The position numbers and the translations under genes were made by a program. A stretch of DNA of 64,000 nucleotides, taken from Candidatus Multivoradales bacterium. Lineage in GTDB: Bacteria; Acidobacteriota; Thermoanaerobaculia; Multivoradales; JAHEKO01. Position 1 is the stretch's first letter; every line of letters begins with the position of its first letter. The stretch is taken from contig CBDFIJ010000004.1 of NCBI GenBank assembly GCA_965248055.1, positions 1,056,001-1,120,000 of the forward strand. The letters are read 5' to 3'. Under the pieces are notes generated by a model. The model worked only from the letters and a program-made list of their open reading frames with translations. It was not told the DNA's origin and ran no database searches. Below, one piece after another: positions 40,013 to 48,999 of the stretch.

Positions 40013-41041
40013 ATGATCCGTTTTGTCGGCCAGCGACTCGCGGCGGCTGTGTTGCTTGCTTTCCTGGTTGCCTCTCTCACTTTTCTGGTCTCACGGTTGT
40101 TGCCCGGAAGCCCGGTCGCTAACCACAAAGACCCCCGCATCTCGGCCGGTCAACGAGCCGAACTGGAGCGACTCTATGGGCTTGATCGGCCTCTGGTGGC
40201 TCAGTACGCTTCGTGGGTCTCCGCCACCCTGCAGGGGGATCTAGGCACTTCCTGGAGCCATCGACGCCCGGTGTGGTCGGTACTCCGACAACACTTGCCG
40301 GTAACCCTAGCCCTGGGTGGCTTGGCGCTGTTGGTGCAGTTTGGCGTCGGTACGGCTCTGGGTATTTGGGCCGCCAGTCGTGCTGCCACTGATACTGGCG
40401 CGCGTCCAGGCAGTCGGGTGGACGGCGGCATCCGCGTCGTCTCGCTATTGCTCTACGCGCTTCCGTCCTTTGTCGCTGCTCTACTGGCAATCGAACTGTT
40501 CGCGGTGCGCCTTCCGTGGTTTCCCGCTGGGCAACTGCATAACCCAGGGTGGAGATCTTGGCCAGCAATCGTCCAGATGTGGGACGGCTTGCAACACCTT
40601 TTCTTACCTGCTGCGGTCCTTGGACTCAGTACCTGTGGTGCAGTGATGCGTTTCACCCGCAACGGGTTGTTGCATGAGTTCTCCGCCGGATACGTGCAAA
40701 CCGCACGTGCCGCTGGTCTACCGGAATCGCGTATCCGTCGAGTACATGCCTTGCGCAACGCTGCCGGCCCGTTAGTTCAACTACTGGGTGCGTCCTTGCC
40801 GATCTTGATTTCCGGGTCGGTAGTGATCGAAGTGATCTTTTCCCTGCCCGGCCTCGGTCGAGTCGCATATGACGCGGTGCGCACGCTGGACTACCCGCTG
40901 ACCGTCGGCGCGGTGATTCTCACCACCACCATTGTGGTGTTGGGCAACCTAGTTGCCGATCTGGTGCATGCCTGGCTCGACCCGCGCGCCCGCACTCCAC
41001 GGGCTCCTTCATCGGCGGCTTCCTCGTCGGAGACCGCATAG
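40013..41041 (+). CDS. Peptide ABC transporter permease (OppB/DppB-like)
   Basis: YGLDRPL..QY, TARAAGL...HALRNA, IEVIFSLPGLG, DYP. Confidence 0.93.
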   Translation: MIRFVGQRLAAAVLLAFLVASLTFLVSRLLPGSPVANHKDPRISAGQRAELERLYGLDRPLVAQYASWVSATLQGDLGTSWSHRRPVWSVLRQHLPVTLALGGLALLVQFGVGTALGIWAASRAATDTGARPGSRVDGGIRVVSLLLYALPSFVAALLAIELFAVRLPWFPAGQLHNPGWRSWPAIVQMWDGLQHLFLPAAVLGLSTCGAVMRFTRNGLLHEFSAGYVQTARAAGLPESRIRRVHALRNAAGPLVQLLGASLPILISGSVVIEVIFSLPGLGRVAYDAVRTLDYPLTVGAVILTTTIVVLGNLVADLVHAWLDPRARTPRAPSSAASSSETA

Positions 41042-41044
41042 CTG

Positions 41045-41890
41045 ATGCGTTGGTCCGCAGGCATTCTGGTACTGGTGATCCTCGCTGCGATACTAGCGCC
41101 GGTACTCGCGCCAACCGACCCGCTGCGCCAGTTTGACCCCGCACGGTTGGCCCACAGCCCGCCGACAGTTGAAATCTCAGCGCAGGTCGATGCTCCAACG
41201 CGCTTTCTGTTGGGCTCGGATTCGTTGGGTCGCGATGTTTTGTCACGCCTCCTCTATGGTGCGCGCACTTCGCTAACCGTCGCCGTCTTGACCTTGTTGC
41301 TGGCCCTCACCCTGGGATTGGCCGTGGGATCGGTGGCCGGCCTTGCCGGTGGTTGGGTGGATCGAATCTTGATGCGAGGCGTGGATGCCGTGACCGCCTT
41401 TCCGCGTTTGTTCTTGGTTCTATTGGTCGCCGTGGTCACTCCACCCAACCCTTGGCTGGTAATCTTAGTTCTCGGCACCACCGGCTGGATGTTCGCCGCT
41501 CGTTTGGTTCGCGCCGAAGTTCTCAAACTGCGCAGTCGTGAGTACGTGGACGCCGCCCGCGCCATCGGTGTCAGCCCTTGGCGCCTTTGGAGCCGCCACA
41601 TCCTGCCTGGCGTCGTCGCCACCTTGGGCATCGACGCCTCGCTACGCATCGGCGAAATCATCCTTTTGGAATCGACCCTGTCGTACCTGGGGCTAGGCGT
41701 GCCACCGCCGACCCCCAGTTGGGGGGCGATGATCGCCGACGCCGCACCCCACCTGCACACCGCTTGGTGGCCCTTGGTCTTCCCCGCTCTAGCGATCGCC
41801 CTCACGGTGGCTGCTCTGAGTTTCCTCGGCGATGGGCTGGAAGAGCAGTTTGATCCCCGCCGCCGGAGAGCAATCACCGAGTCCGGATAG
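41045..41890 (+). CDS. Peptide ABC transporter permease (OppC/DppC-like)
   Basis: LGSDSLGRDV.SRL.YGAR.SL, EYVDAARAIG, LSYLGLG, SWG. Confidence 0.93.
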   Translation: MRWSAGILVLVILAAILAPVLAPTDPLRQFDPARLAHSPPTVEISAQVDAPTRFLLGSDSLGRDVLSRLLYGARTSLTVAVLTLLLALTLGLAVGSVAGLAGGWVDRILMRGVDAVTAFPRLFLVLLVAVVTPPNPWLVILVLGTTGWMFAARLVRAEVLKLRSREYVDAARAIGVSPWRLWSRHILPGVVATLGIDASLRIGEIILLESTLSYLGLGVPPPTPSWGAMIADAAPHLHTAWWPLVFPALAIALTVAALSFLGDGLEEQFDPRRRRAITESG

Positions 41891-42243
41891 ATCACGGCCC
41901 CCTTCCGATACCCGCCGGGATGACAAGAGAGATAGGTTTGTCCGCAGGGAGCGGTTCCCTTACCGCACCATGCCCCACAAGGGGCTCCCCTACAAACACG
42001 CGCCCCATCAAGTCGATTTTTCTTAGCGAAGGGTGGGGTTCATCCCTTCCTGACCCCTTTTTTTTCTTTCACAACCTACCCGGCCAGCTACCGGCGGCGT
42101 GTGGCGTCAACTCCAATATGTCCGACATAGTTGCGCTTTGAAGCGCAGCGAAGCTGAGGCGAGCGATCACCTCGTAGAGTCCGAGAGGCGCGAGCCGACC
42201 CAGGACGGCGGGGCACCAACCTCTTGCCCCCTCCCCGCTTCCT

Positions 42244-42288
42244 TGTCATCCTGAGCGAAGCCGCGAAGACGCGCAGTCGAAGGATCTC
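42244..42288. repeat. REP-like element (TGTCATCCTGAGC..GAAGGATCTC)
   Basis: Reverse complement of the 23934 element. Confidence 0.65.
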
Positions 42289-42304
42289 AAAGTCCCAATC
42301 CACC

Positions 42305-43381
42305 ATGCTCACCTCCGATTTCGACTTCCATCTCCCCGACCATCTGATCGCCTCAGAGGCTGTCCCCAGAGGCACCAGCCGGATGTTGGTAGTCCAGGGT
42401 TCCGCCTTGGTCAACGATTCGGTCAGCAACCTAGCCAAGCACCTTCGCCCCGGCGACGCTTTGGTGGTCAACGACACCCGCGTGATTCCGGCCCGTCTGT
42501 TTGCTGCCCGAGAGGTAGACCGTGCAAAACAAGACGATGAAAGCCAATCCCAGCTTGAACTTCTACTGGTCGAAAAGCTCGACGACACCACCTGGACGAC
42601 ATTGGTCAAACCGGGTCGCCGGGCCAAGCTCGGCAGCCGATGGCAAGTGCTTGACCGCCACCAGAATCCGGTCACCGGACTGGAGGTGGTTGGGCGCCCT
42701 GATACCTACACCGAGCAACGCGGGATATTCACCGTTCGTTTCGATCAACCGATCGATCCTGACCTGGAAGCGGTCGGCCACGTCCCTTTGCCTCCGTATA
42801 TTCAAAGACCCGACACCCCGGATGACCGGGACCGTTACCAGACCGTCTACGCTGCTCACGACGGCGCCATCGCCGCCCCCACCGCCGGACTGCACTTCAA
42901 CGATGAGCTGCTCGGCAGCATTCAGAATCATGGCGTCCACTTGGCCCGGGTGACCTTGCATGTGGGCATCGGCACCTTCCAACCGGTGACTGCAACCCTG
43001 GCCCACGAGCATCAAATGGAACCCGAACGCTACCTAGTATCAACGGAGACCGCCAAATTGCTCAACCGAACCCGGCAAGACGGGGGGCGAATCGTCGCGG
43101 TTGGCACCACCGCTGTTCGCACCCTGGAGTCTGTGGTCGATGATCAGGGAGTTCTTCATCCAGGTGAAGGAAAGACCAATTTGTTCATCTTGCCGGGCTA
43201 TCGATTCCGCGCGATCGAAGCCCTGCTCACCAACTTCCACCTTCCCAAGTCAACTCTGTTGATGCTGGTTTCCGCGTTCGCCGGCAAGAATCGCGTACTC
43301 AACGCGTACCGCCATGCGGTCGAAGCCAAATACCGGTTCTACTCGTACGGCGACTGTATGTTCATAAACCCTTCGGCGTAG
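42305..43381 (+). CDS. queA: S-adenosylmethionine:tRNA ribosyltransferase-isomerase
   Basis: FDFHLP, NDTRVIPARL, PLPPYI, YQTVYA, AAPTAGLHF, TNFHLPKSTL, FYSYGD. Confidence 0.98.
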   Translation: MLTSDFDFHLPDHLIASEAVPRGTSRMLVVQGSALVNDSVSNLAKHLRPGDALVVNDTRVIPARLFAAREVDRAKQDDESQSQLELLLVEKLDDTTWTTLVKPGRRAKLGSRWQVLDRHQNPVTGLEVVGRPDTYTEQRGIFTVRFDQPIDPDLEAVGHVPLPPYIQRPDTPDDRDRYQTVYAAHDGAIAAPTAGLHFNDELLGSIQNHGVHLARVTLHVGIGTFQPVTATLAHEHQMEPERYLVSTETAKLLNRTRQDGGRIVAVGTTAVRTLESVVDDQGVLHPGEGKTNLFILPGYRFRAIEALLTNFHLPKSTLLMLVSAFAGKNRVLNAYRHAVEAKYRFYSYGDCMFINPSA

Positions 43382-43391
43382 AGAGGCACGG

Positions 43392-44780
43392 ATGTCAGAC
43401 GCACCCACCCATCGCGTGGTCATTGTCGGAGGTGGGGTTGGCGGGTTGAGTGCCGCCCAAGCTCTAGCGGAGGCACCCTTCGACATAGCGTTGGTTGATC
43501 GCCGTAACTTCCACTTGTTCCAACCGCTGCTCTACCAAGTCGCGACCGGCGGCCTCTCTCCAGCGAACATCGCGGCACCGCTGCGACGCATTTTCAGCCG
43601 CCAGAGCAACGTCGACGTGGTTCTCGGGGAGGTAGAAGGGTTCGATCTGGCCGTCCAGCGTGTTCACCTCGCCGACCACGATCTCCGTTTCGACACCCTC
43701 ATTGTCGCCGCAGGGTCGCGGCACGGCTACTTCGGCAACGATCACTGGGAACCGCTGGCGCCCGGACTCAAAACCGTCGAAGACGCGCCCGAGATTCGTC
43801 GACGCTTGCTGATGGCCTTTGAAGCCTCCGAAACTAGCGAGGATAGTGACCAACGGCGCGCTTGGATGACCTTCGTGATCGTCGGCGCCGGCCCTACCGG
43901 CGTGGAACTGGCAGGGGCCTTGGCCGAGTTGGCGCACTACACCCTGCGGAACGAGTTTCGCCATATTGACCCAGCCGAGGCCAACATCATCCTGGTCGAC
44001 GCCGGTGACCGTATCCTCCCCGCCTACAGCGAAGATCTTTCGCATAAAGCCCTGCGATCTCTGCAACGCTTCGGCGTCAGAGTTCATACCGGATCGCCAA
44101 TCGTCGATGTTCAACCCGAGCATGTCCTCATCGCAATAAACGGCGGTCGAGAAACCGTTCCCGCGCGCACCGTATTGTGGGCGGCTGGGGTACGGGCCTC
44201 GCCTCTCGCTCGCTGGCTGGCTGAAGCGACTGGAGCCGACCTGGACCGGGCCGGACGCATCGCGGTCAGCCCCGACCTCACCTTGCCCGGCCAGCCAAAC
44301 GTCTTTGTCATTGGTGACATGGCCGCAGCCCAAGCTGCTGACGGCGGCCTGCTGCCCGGAGTCGCTCCGGTTGCTCAACAGCAAGGACGCTACGTAGCGA
44401 AAATGCTTGCGGAGCGGCTGGACAGGGAGCCCGGATCCGCCAGTCCCGTGGCTCTTTTTCACAACCGCAATCGCGACGCTGCTCCTTTTCGATACCGCAA
44501 TCGCGGCACCATGGCCACCATCGGTCGTTCCGCCGCGGTCGCCATGATTGGGCGGTGGCGTTTTTCTGGGCTACCCGCCTGGCTGATGTGGCTGTTTATT
44601 CACCTGATGCAGCTGGTGCGCTTCGAGAACCGCGTTCTGGTCGCCTGGCAGTGGGCGTGGAGCTATCTCACCTGGAATCGATCAGCCCGCCTGATTACCG
44701 GGCCCAGGGCACTGCTACGCAACCCCGCGGATGCTCGAACTGATGACTCGCAAGCGACCGGAGACGACGCAGACGAATAG
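43392..44780 (+). CDS. ndh: Type II NADH:quinone oxidoreductase
   Basis: GGGVGG, FQPLLYQVATG, GAGPTGVELAG, WAAGV, A.QQG. Confidence 0.9.
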   Translation: MSDAPTHRVVIVGGGVGGLSAAQALAEAPFDIALVDRRNFHLFQPLLYQVATGGLSPANIAAPLRRIFSRQSNVDVVLGEVEGFDLAVQRVHLADHDLRFDTLIVAAGSRHGYFGNDHWEPLAPGLKTVEDAPEIRRRLLMAFEASETSEDSDQRRAWMTFVIVGAGPTGVELAGALAELAHYTLRNEFRHIDPAEANIILVDAGDRILPAYSEDLSHKALRSLQRFGVRVHTGSPIVDVQPEHVLIAINGGRETVPARTVLWAAGVRASPLARWLAEATGADLDRAGRIAVSPDLTLPGQPNVFVIGDMAAAQAADGGLLPGVAPVAQQQGRYVAKMLAERLDREPGSASPVALFHNRNRDAAPFRYRNRGTMATIGRSAAVAMIGRWRFSGLPAWLMWLFIHLMQLVRFENRVLVAWQWAWSYLTWNRSARLITGPRALLRNPADARTDDSQATGDDADE

Positions 44781-44836
44781 GTGGGCACTGTGGTGATCTG
44801 GCAGCGAGGAATCAAACAACAACCCGAGCGCCTAGA

Positions 44837-45259
44837 TCAACCCTTGGTCTGGGAGCCGCTCACCCGACCACGACCCAGCACCATCGCATAGCGAAAACTA
44901 GACGGGGCATGGCTGGAGATCACCGACACCAAGACCAGTAACCCCAGTACCCACGGCTGCCACGACCCCAGCTTGGGCCAGATCACCAGCGTCCCAATCT
45001 TGATCAACACCACCAAGCCACGCACTTGCAGCATCATTGCTGCACTCTCATACAGATCCAGCAGTAACAACAGCACTCCGGACAACACCGCCGCCAGCCA
45101 CCAAGGCTGAACCGCGGCAGGGCCAACGCCGAACACCGTGCCACCCAGCAACACTGCCACCAGCAGTACATGCGCGGCGCGCAGCACGATCTTCACCGTG
45201 CGTCGGGCGTCAAAGGATCTGGGGCGTTCAGGGAACAGCAGTGCAGTGAGGCGGCTCAT
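44837..45259 (-). CDS. Hypothetical membrane protein
   Basis: Four hydrophobic segments; LRAAH and SHAP His-containing motifs. Confidence 0.7.
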   Translation of the reverse strand: MSRLTALLFPERPRSFDARRTVKIVLRAAHVLLVAVLLGGTVFGVGPAAVQPWWLAAVLSGVLLLLLDLYESAAMMLQVRGLVVLIKIGTLVIWPKLGSWQPWVLGLLVLVSVISSHAPSSFRYAMVLGRGRVSGSQTKG

Positions 45260-45347
45260 GAGGGGATGATGGCATGCTCAGTTTTCTCAGTGTTCTCTGG
45301 ATCACGGCTGCCCATCAGACCAATCGTATTCCACCGTCCAGCACACC

Positions 45348-45392
45348 AATTACTCAATACGTTGAGTAATTTTACTCAGTGCATTGAGTAAT
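45348..45392. promoter_or_regulatory. Tandem operator-like palindromes TTACTCA-N6-TGAGTAA
   Basis: Two adjacent AT-rich inverted repeats in an intergenic region. Confidence 0.55.
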
Positions 45393-45408
45393 TCGACAGG
45401 CTACAGAG

Positions 45409-46026
45409 CTATTGAACCTCGTCAAACGCCAACACTTGATACACCGGCTCAACCAACGCCCAGTTGGCATCCCAGTCCTCAGCGGGTGATTCAAATATCA
45501 CCAAGTACACGGTTCCGGTGTTCGGATTAGACAGCCACAGATAGTAGATGCGCACGTCAACCCCGTCAGGAAGGTGATCCACGACTTCCAGTCGGGTGGC
45601 GATAAACGGCGTCCCTTTCTTGGTTCCCTCTTTGAGGACCTCACGACTGCCACCAGCAGCAGACAAATGCTGCGCCATCTCCGCGGCAAACTGCTGCGGT
45701 GGAATGCCCCGCTTACCGGGAATATCCTTCAACTGGTTGATGGTGATCCCGGTATCAAATCCGTCGTTCGGAAGGATTTCTTCTTTGCTGATGAAACACG
45801 CCGCAGTGCCGCCTTGCTCCGCAGCCAGAAAGTGCCAGCCTGGAGGCACCAGAAACTGAGCCTTCATCAACTCACAGGGATGCCAGGTGTAGCCCTCCGG
45901 CACCTCCAGTTGGACCGGAGATTGCGGAGCTGTTGGCTGCTGCGCCTCAACCTGGGCGTGAACAACGGAGACGCCCAGCAACAAGATCGCCGCAAGCAAT
46001 CTCGCGACGACAATCGCTTGATCCAT
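45409..46026 (-). CDS. Hypothetical secreted protein
   Basis: Signal peptide ending VVHA; F.VPPGW and FESP..DW pattern. Confidence 0.7.
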   Translation of the reverse strand: MDQAIVVARLLAAILLLGVSVVHAQVEAQQPTAPQSPVQLEVPEGYTWHPCELMKAQFLVPPGWHFLAAEQGGTAACFISKEEILPNDGFDTGITINQLKDIPGKRGIPPQQFAAEMAQHLSAAGGSREVLKEGTKKGTPFIATRLEVVDHLPDGVDVRIYYLWLSNPNTGTVYLVIFESPAEDWDANWALVEPVYQVLAFDEVQ

Positions 46027-46042
46027 TCGTCCTTGCTTCGAA

Positions 46043-46363
46043 CTATCTAGAGCGACCAATTTCAATCCCCTCTCGAATTCTGACTCTCCACACCTCGGGA
46101 CTAGGATCGGCAATCGCCACCCACTCGGAAAACACCCGCTTCGCCGGGGCGAAAGGAAAGCTTTCTCCGCTCTCCACTAGTGCCGCGACTCGGGACTTGT
46201 CGAGCTTGACGATCGGGTTGTCGGTCTTGCGCTCTATTGCGGCGAGAAATTCACCACCGACCCGCAGGCAATCAAACCCGATCAAAGTGCCCTTCTCAAA
46301 ATCACCCTCGGCGAGGAACTCCTCCGCCAGCTGCCAAAACTGGTCTTCCGCTTCGCTACTCAC
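46043..46363 (-). CDS. Small hypothetical protein (TfoX/MmcQ-like)
   Basis: GFDCLRVGGEF, VKL...RV..LV..G....F, EWV. Confidence 0.65.
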   Translation of the reverse strand: MSSEAEDQFWQLAEEFLAEGDFEKGTLIGFDCLRVGGEFLAAIERKTDNPIVKLDKSRVAALVESGESFPFAPAKRVFSEWVAIADPSPEVWRVRIREGIEIGRSR

Positions 46364-46646
46364 TCTTATCCTCCAACTGATCTTCTGATTGTTCCTCTGG
46401 CTGTCCTTTCGACTGTTCTTCTATCTGTCCCTCAGATTCGGCCTTGCGGGTCCACTCCCTGCCGATGGCAAACCCCAGCGCCACCCCGGCACCAATGCCG
46501 ACCGCGATATTGCCGGTCGCCACCCCGATCCCGACTCCAATCGCGATTCCAGCGGCGATTCCACGTCCCATCAGTGTTTGATCCTTGGACTTACCCATCA
46601 ACTTTTTCCCTCGCTGCTCATTCTCCCCTATCTCGCGCTCGTGCAC
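46356..46646 (-). CDS. Glycine-zipper small membrane protein
   Basis: GIAAGIAIGVGIGVATGNIAVGIGAGVALG; start may be the internal Met. Confidence 0.75.
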   Translation of the reverse strand: MHEREIGENEQRGKKLMGKSKDQTLMGRGIAAGIAIGVGIGVATGNIAVGIGAGVALGFAIGREWTRKAESEGQIEEQSKGQPEEQSEDQLEDKSE

Positions 46647-46651
46647 AGATG

Positions 46652-46709
46652 CGGTGACAGGATACTTATTTCCCGCTACCCATTCTTTACAACTAGTATC
46701 CTGTCACCG
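46652..46709. repeat. CGGTGACAGGATAC palindromic element
   Basis: CGGTGACAGGATACT...AGTATCCTGTCACCG perfect 15-bp IR. Confidence 0.85.
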
Positions 46710-46842
46710 TATTTCTCTTCGACAGCCCCAAGGCGATGCCTCCGGCAATCCCCAGAGCAAGGTTGCCGATCACTACGCCGAGAGTGGCACCGATTGCCAC
46801 GCCGACGGCAATCCCACGACCCGCGTGGATGGTCTTGTTCAA
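46710..46842 (-). pseudogene. Frameshifted paralog of the glycine-zipper gene
   Basis: RBS AGGAG, TTG start: MNKTIHAGRGIAVGVAIGATLGVVIGNLAL/fs/IAGGIALGL. Confidence 0.65.
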
Positions 46843-46870
46843 TTTTCCGCTCTCCTAGTGGAGCAAATGA

Positions 46871-46926
46871 GGTGACAGGATACCTATTCCCCGCCGCTCT
46901 ACTCCTGATATGCGTATCCGGTCACC
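46871..46926. repeat. GGTGACAGGATAC palindromic element
   Basis: GGTGACAGGATAC...GTATCCGGTCACC (one mismatch). Confidence 0.8.
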
Positions 46927-47007
46927 GTATACATACATTGCTCCACCATCATGCTTCGGGCCTTCATAGCCGCCGGAGCTAACTATCTCAATGAGCGGCC
47001 GCTTACG

Positions 47008-47592
47008 CTATTGCTCTCCTACGTCTTTCGGTGCACTGCCTTCGTTGGCGCGAGTCTTCAGCACCCCGCGTCCAACAAGTTCTTCACAAAATCTCGCACC
47101 GACCGCAATCACGGTTCGACAAAACCCCCGCAGATAGTGAACTGGCAAAGGCTGATCTCCTACAGTCACGCCGGGGTTACGAGCGACAGCGAAGTCCTCA
47201 GTGTGTTCCCAGTCTTCGTGGCTCGCACCAAATTGCTGAGCCCAGGACGCAATGAACTTCGATCTCGTGAAGATCGCTCTTTCTCCACTCGGAGTGTGTT
47301 GCATGAAACACACCTCTGCCAAGTAATCCTCTAAAGATACCGCCTTCGGACCGACAGGGCGGTCGAGAGTAACCTTAACCGTGGACTCATACTTGACCAT
47401 TAAGTCGAGAAGTAGTGGCTTATTTGTACGCGTGCGAACGACAAGAACCCGTAGCTTGCCCGCTATTTCGCCATAGTAGCGATCATCTCCTTCACCGAAC
47501 GCGCGTTGCGCAAAATCTTCCAACAATGACAGATGCCTAATAAGAGTGTGGAGGAGGTCTTCATCCGGCCTTGCAATACGCTTCTTTCTCAT
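47008..47592 (-). CDS. Hypothetical protein
   Basis: Lower-GC standalone ORF; WAQQFGASHED segment; no confident family. Confidence 0.65.
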   Translation of the reverse strand: MRKKRIARPDEDLLHTLIRHLSLLEDFAQRAFGEGDDRYYGEIAGKLRVLVVRTRTNKPLLLDLMVKYESTVKVTLDRPVGPKAVSLEDYLAEVCFMQHTPSGERAIFTRSKFIASWAQQFGASHEDWEHTEDFAVARNPGVTVGDQPLPVHYLRGFCRTVIAVGARFCEELVGRGVLKTRANEGSAPKDVGEQ

Positions 47593-47681
47593 AGCTAACG
47601 GCGACAAGCTTACTCAAATCACCTCCTAATCTCATCGTCTCGGCTTTCGCCAACCCCAAACACGAATATGCTTCAACCCAA

Positions 47682-48932
47682 ATGAGACAAAAACAACCCC
47701 GCACCCCGGCGATGATCTTCATCTTCATCACCATCTTCATCGACATCCTCGGGATCGGGATCATTATTCCTGTGTTGCCGGAGTTGGTGAAGGGGTTTGT
47801 CGGCGGGGAAACGGCGGTGGCGAGTCGCTATTACGGCGCGATTGCTGCGGTGTATGCCTTGATGCAGTTTTTCTTTGCCCCGGTATTGGGGTCGCTGTCG
47901 GATCGATTCGGACGACGACCGGTGTTGTTGGGTTCGTTATTCGGTTTGGGATTGGACTATGTGGTGATGGGGTTTTCGACCTCGATCTGGTGGTTGTTCG
48001 CGGGGCGTACTCTGTCGGGGATATTGGGGGCGAGCTACACCACCGCGAATGCCTACATCGCCGATATCTCGTCGGCGGAGAACCGGGCGCGCAACTTCGG
48101 TTTGGTGGGGGTGGCGTTTGGTCTGGGGTTTGTCTTCGGCCCCGCGCTGGGCGGGATTCTGGGTGGAATTGATCTCCGACTACCGTTTTTCGTTTCCGCT
48201 GGACTGGCTCTGGTCAACTGGCTCTACGGCTACTTCGTGGTGCCGGAGTCGCTGGCACCGGAGAATCGCAGCAAGTTCACCTGGAGGATGGCCAACCCGT
48301 TGGGCAGCCTGCGCATCTTGCGTGCCTATCCTTTGGTGGCCGGGCTGGCGGTGGCGTTCGTGCTGATGGTGCTGGCCCAGCGCGGCCTGGAAACCACCTG
48401 GGTGCTTTACACCGGCCATCGCTATGGCTGGGACCAACGCACCAACGGCCTGGCCCTGGGGTTGGTCGGGGTGATGGCAGTGATCGTTCAGGGAGTACTG
48501 GTGAAACCGGTGATCTCTCGTCTCGGCGAACGGCGTACCATCTTGCTAGGCATGCTGGTGGCGGTCGGCGCCTTTCTCGGCTACGGACTGTCCACCGAAG
48601 GCTGGATGATCCCCGTGGTGATCATTCTGGGTTCGCTGGGCGGCCTCGCTGGCCCCGCCTTGCAGGGATTGGTCGCCGGCACCGTCGGCCCCTCCGATCA
48701 AGGCAAAGTGCAAAGCGCCTTGACCTCATTGATGAGCCTGACCGCGATCGCCGCGCCCTTGATCTTTGTCGCTGGGATCTTCAGCTATTTCACTTCGGAA
48801 GCGGCCCCGTTTCAACTGCCGGGAGCACCGTTCTTGCTCGGATCGTTGTTGTCGGTTGCAGCGTTGGTAGTGCTGGTGCGGTTGTTTCGCAGACTTCCAG
48901 AATCATCCGCTCTTTCGTCTGAAAAGCGCTGA
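47682..48932 (+). CDS. TCR/Tet-family MFS transporter
   Basis: DILGIGIIIPVLP, GSLSDRFGRRPVL, G.GFVFGPALGG, PES. Confidence 0.93.
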   Translation: MRQKQPRTPAMIFIFITIFIDILGIGIIIPVLPELVKGFVGGETAVASRYYGAIAAVYALMQFFFAPVLGSLSDRFGRRPVLLGSLFGLGLDYVVMGFSTSIWWLFAGRTLSGILGASYTTANAYIADISSAENRARNFGLVGVAFGLGFVFGPALGGILGGIDLRLPFFVSAGLALVNWLYGYFVVPESLAPENRSKFTWRMANPLGSLRILRAYPLVAGLAVAFVLMVLAQRGLETTWVLYTGHRYGWDQRTNGLALGLVGVMAVIVQGVLVKPVISRLGERRTILLGMLVAVGAFLGYGLSTEGWMIPVVIILGSLGGLAGPALQGLVAGTVGPSDQGKVQSALTSLMSLTAIAAPLIFVAGIFSYFTSEAAPFQLPGAPFLLGSLLSVAALVVLVRLFRRLPESSALSSEKR

Positions 48933-48999
48933 CCCCGCAGATGGAACCAACTCGCTGACCAGTCAACTCGCATCGGCCTCAGTTCTAGTGCGGAATTTG

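Noticed and set aside
38351-41890. Peptide ABC operon lacking ATPase genes
   Set aside because: ATPases are often encoded elsewhere; not unusual enough.
46960-47620. Integron-cassette-like boundaries (GTTAGCT directly before ATG on the minus strand; GCCAAC near the gene end)
   Set aside because: I could not build a complementary attC with matching R and L boxes, and there is no integrase in the window. IntegronFinder would settle it.
47682-48932. Calling the MFS gene a tetracycline resistance determinant
   Set aside because: Family motifs only; no adjacent tetR, and substrate cannot be inferred.
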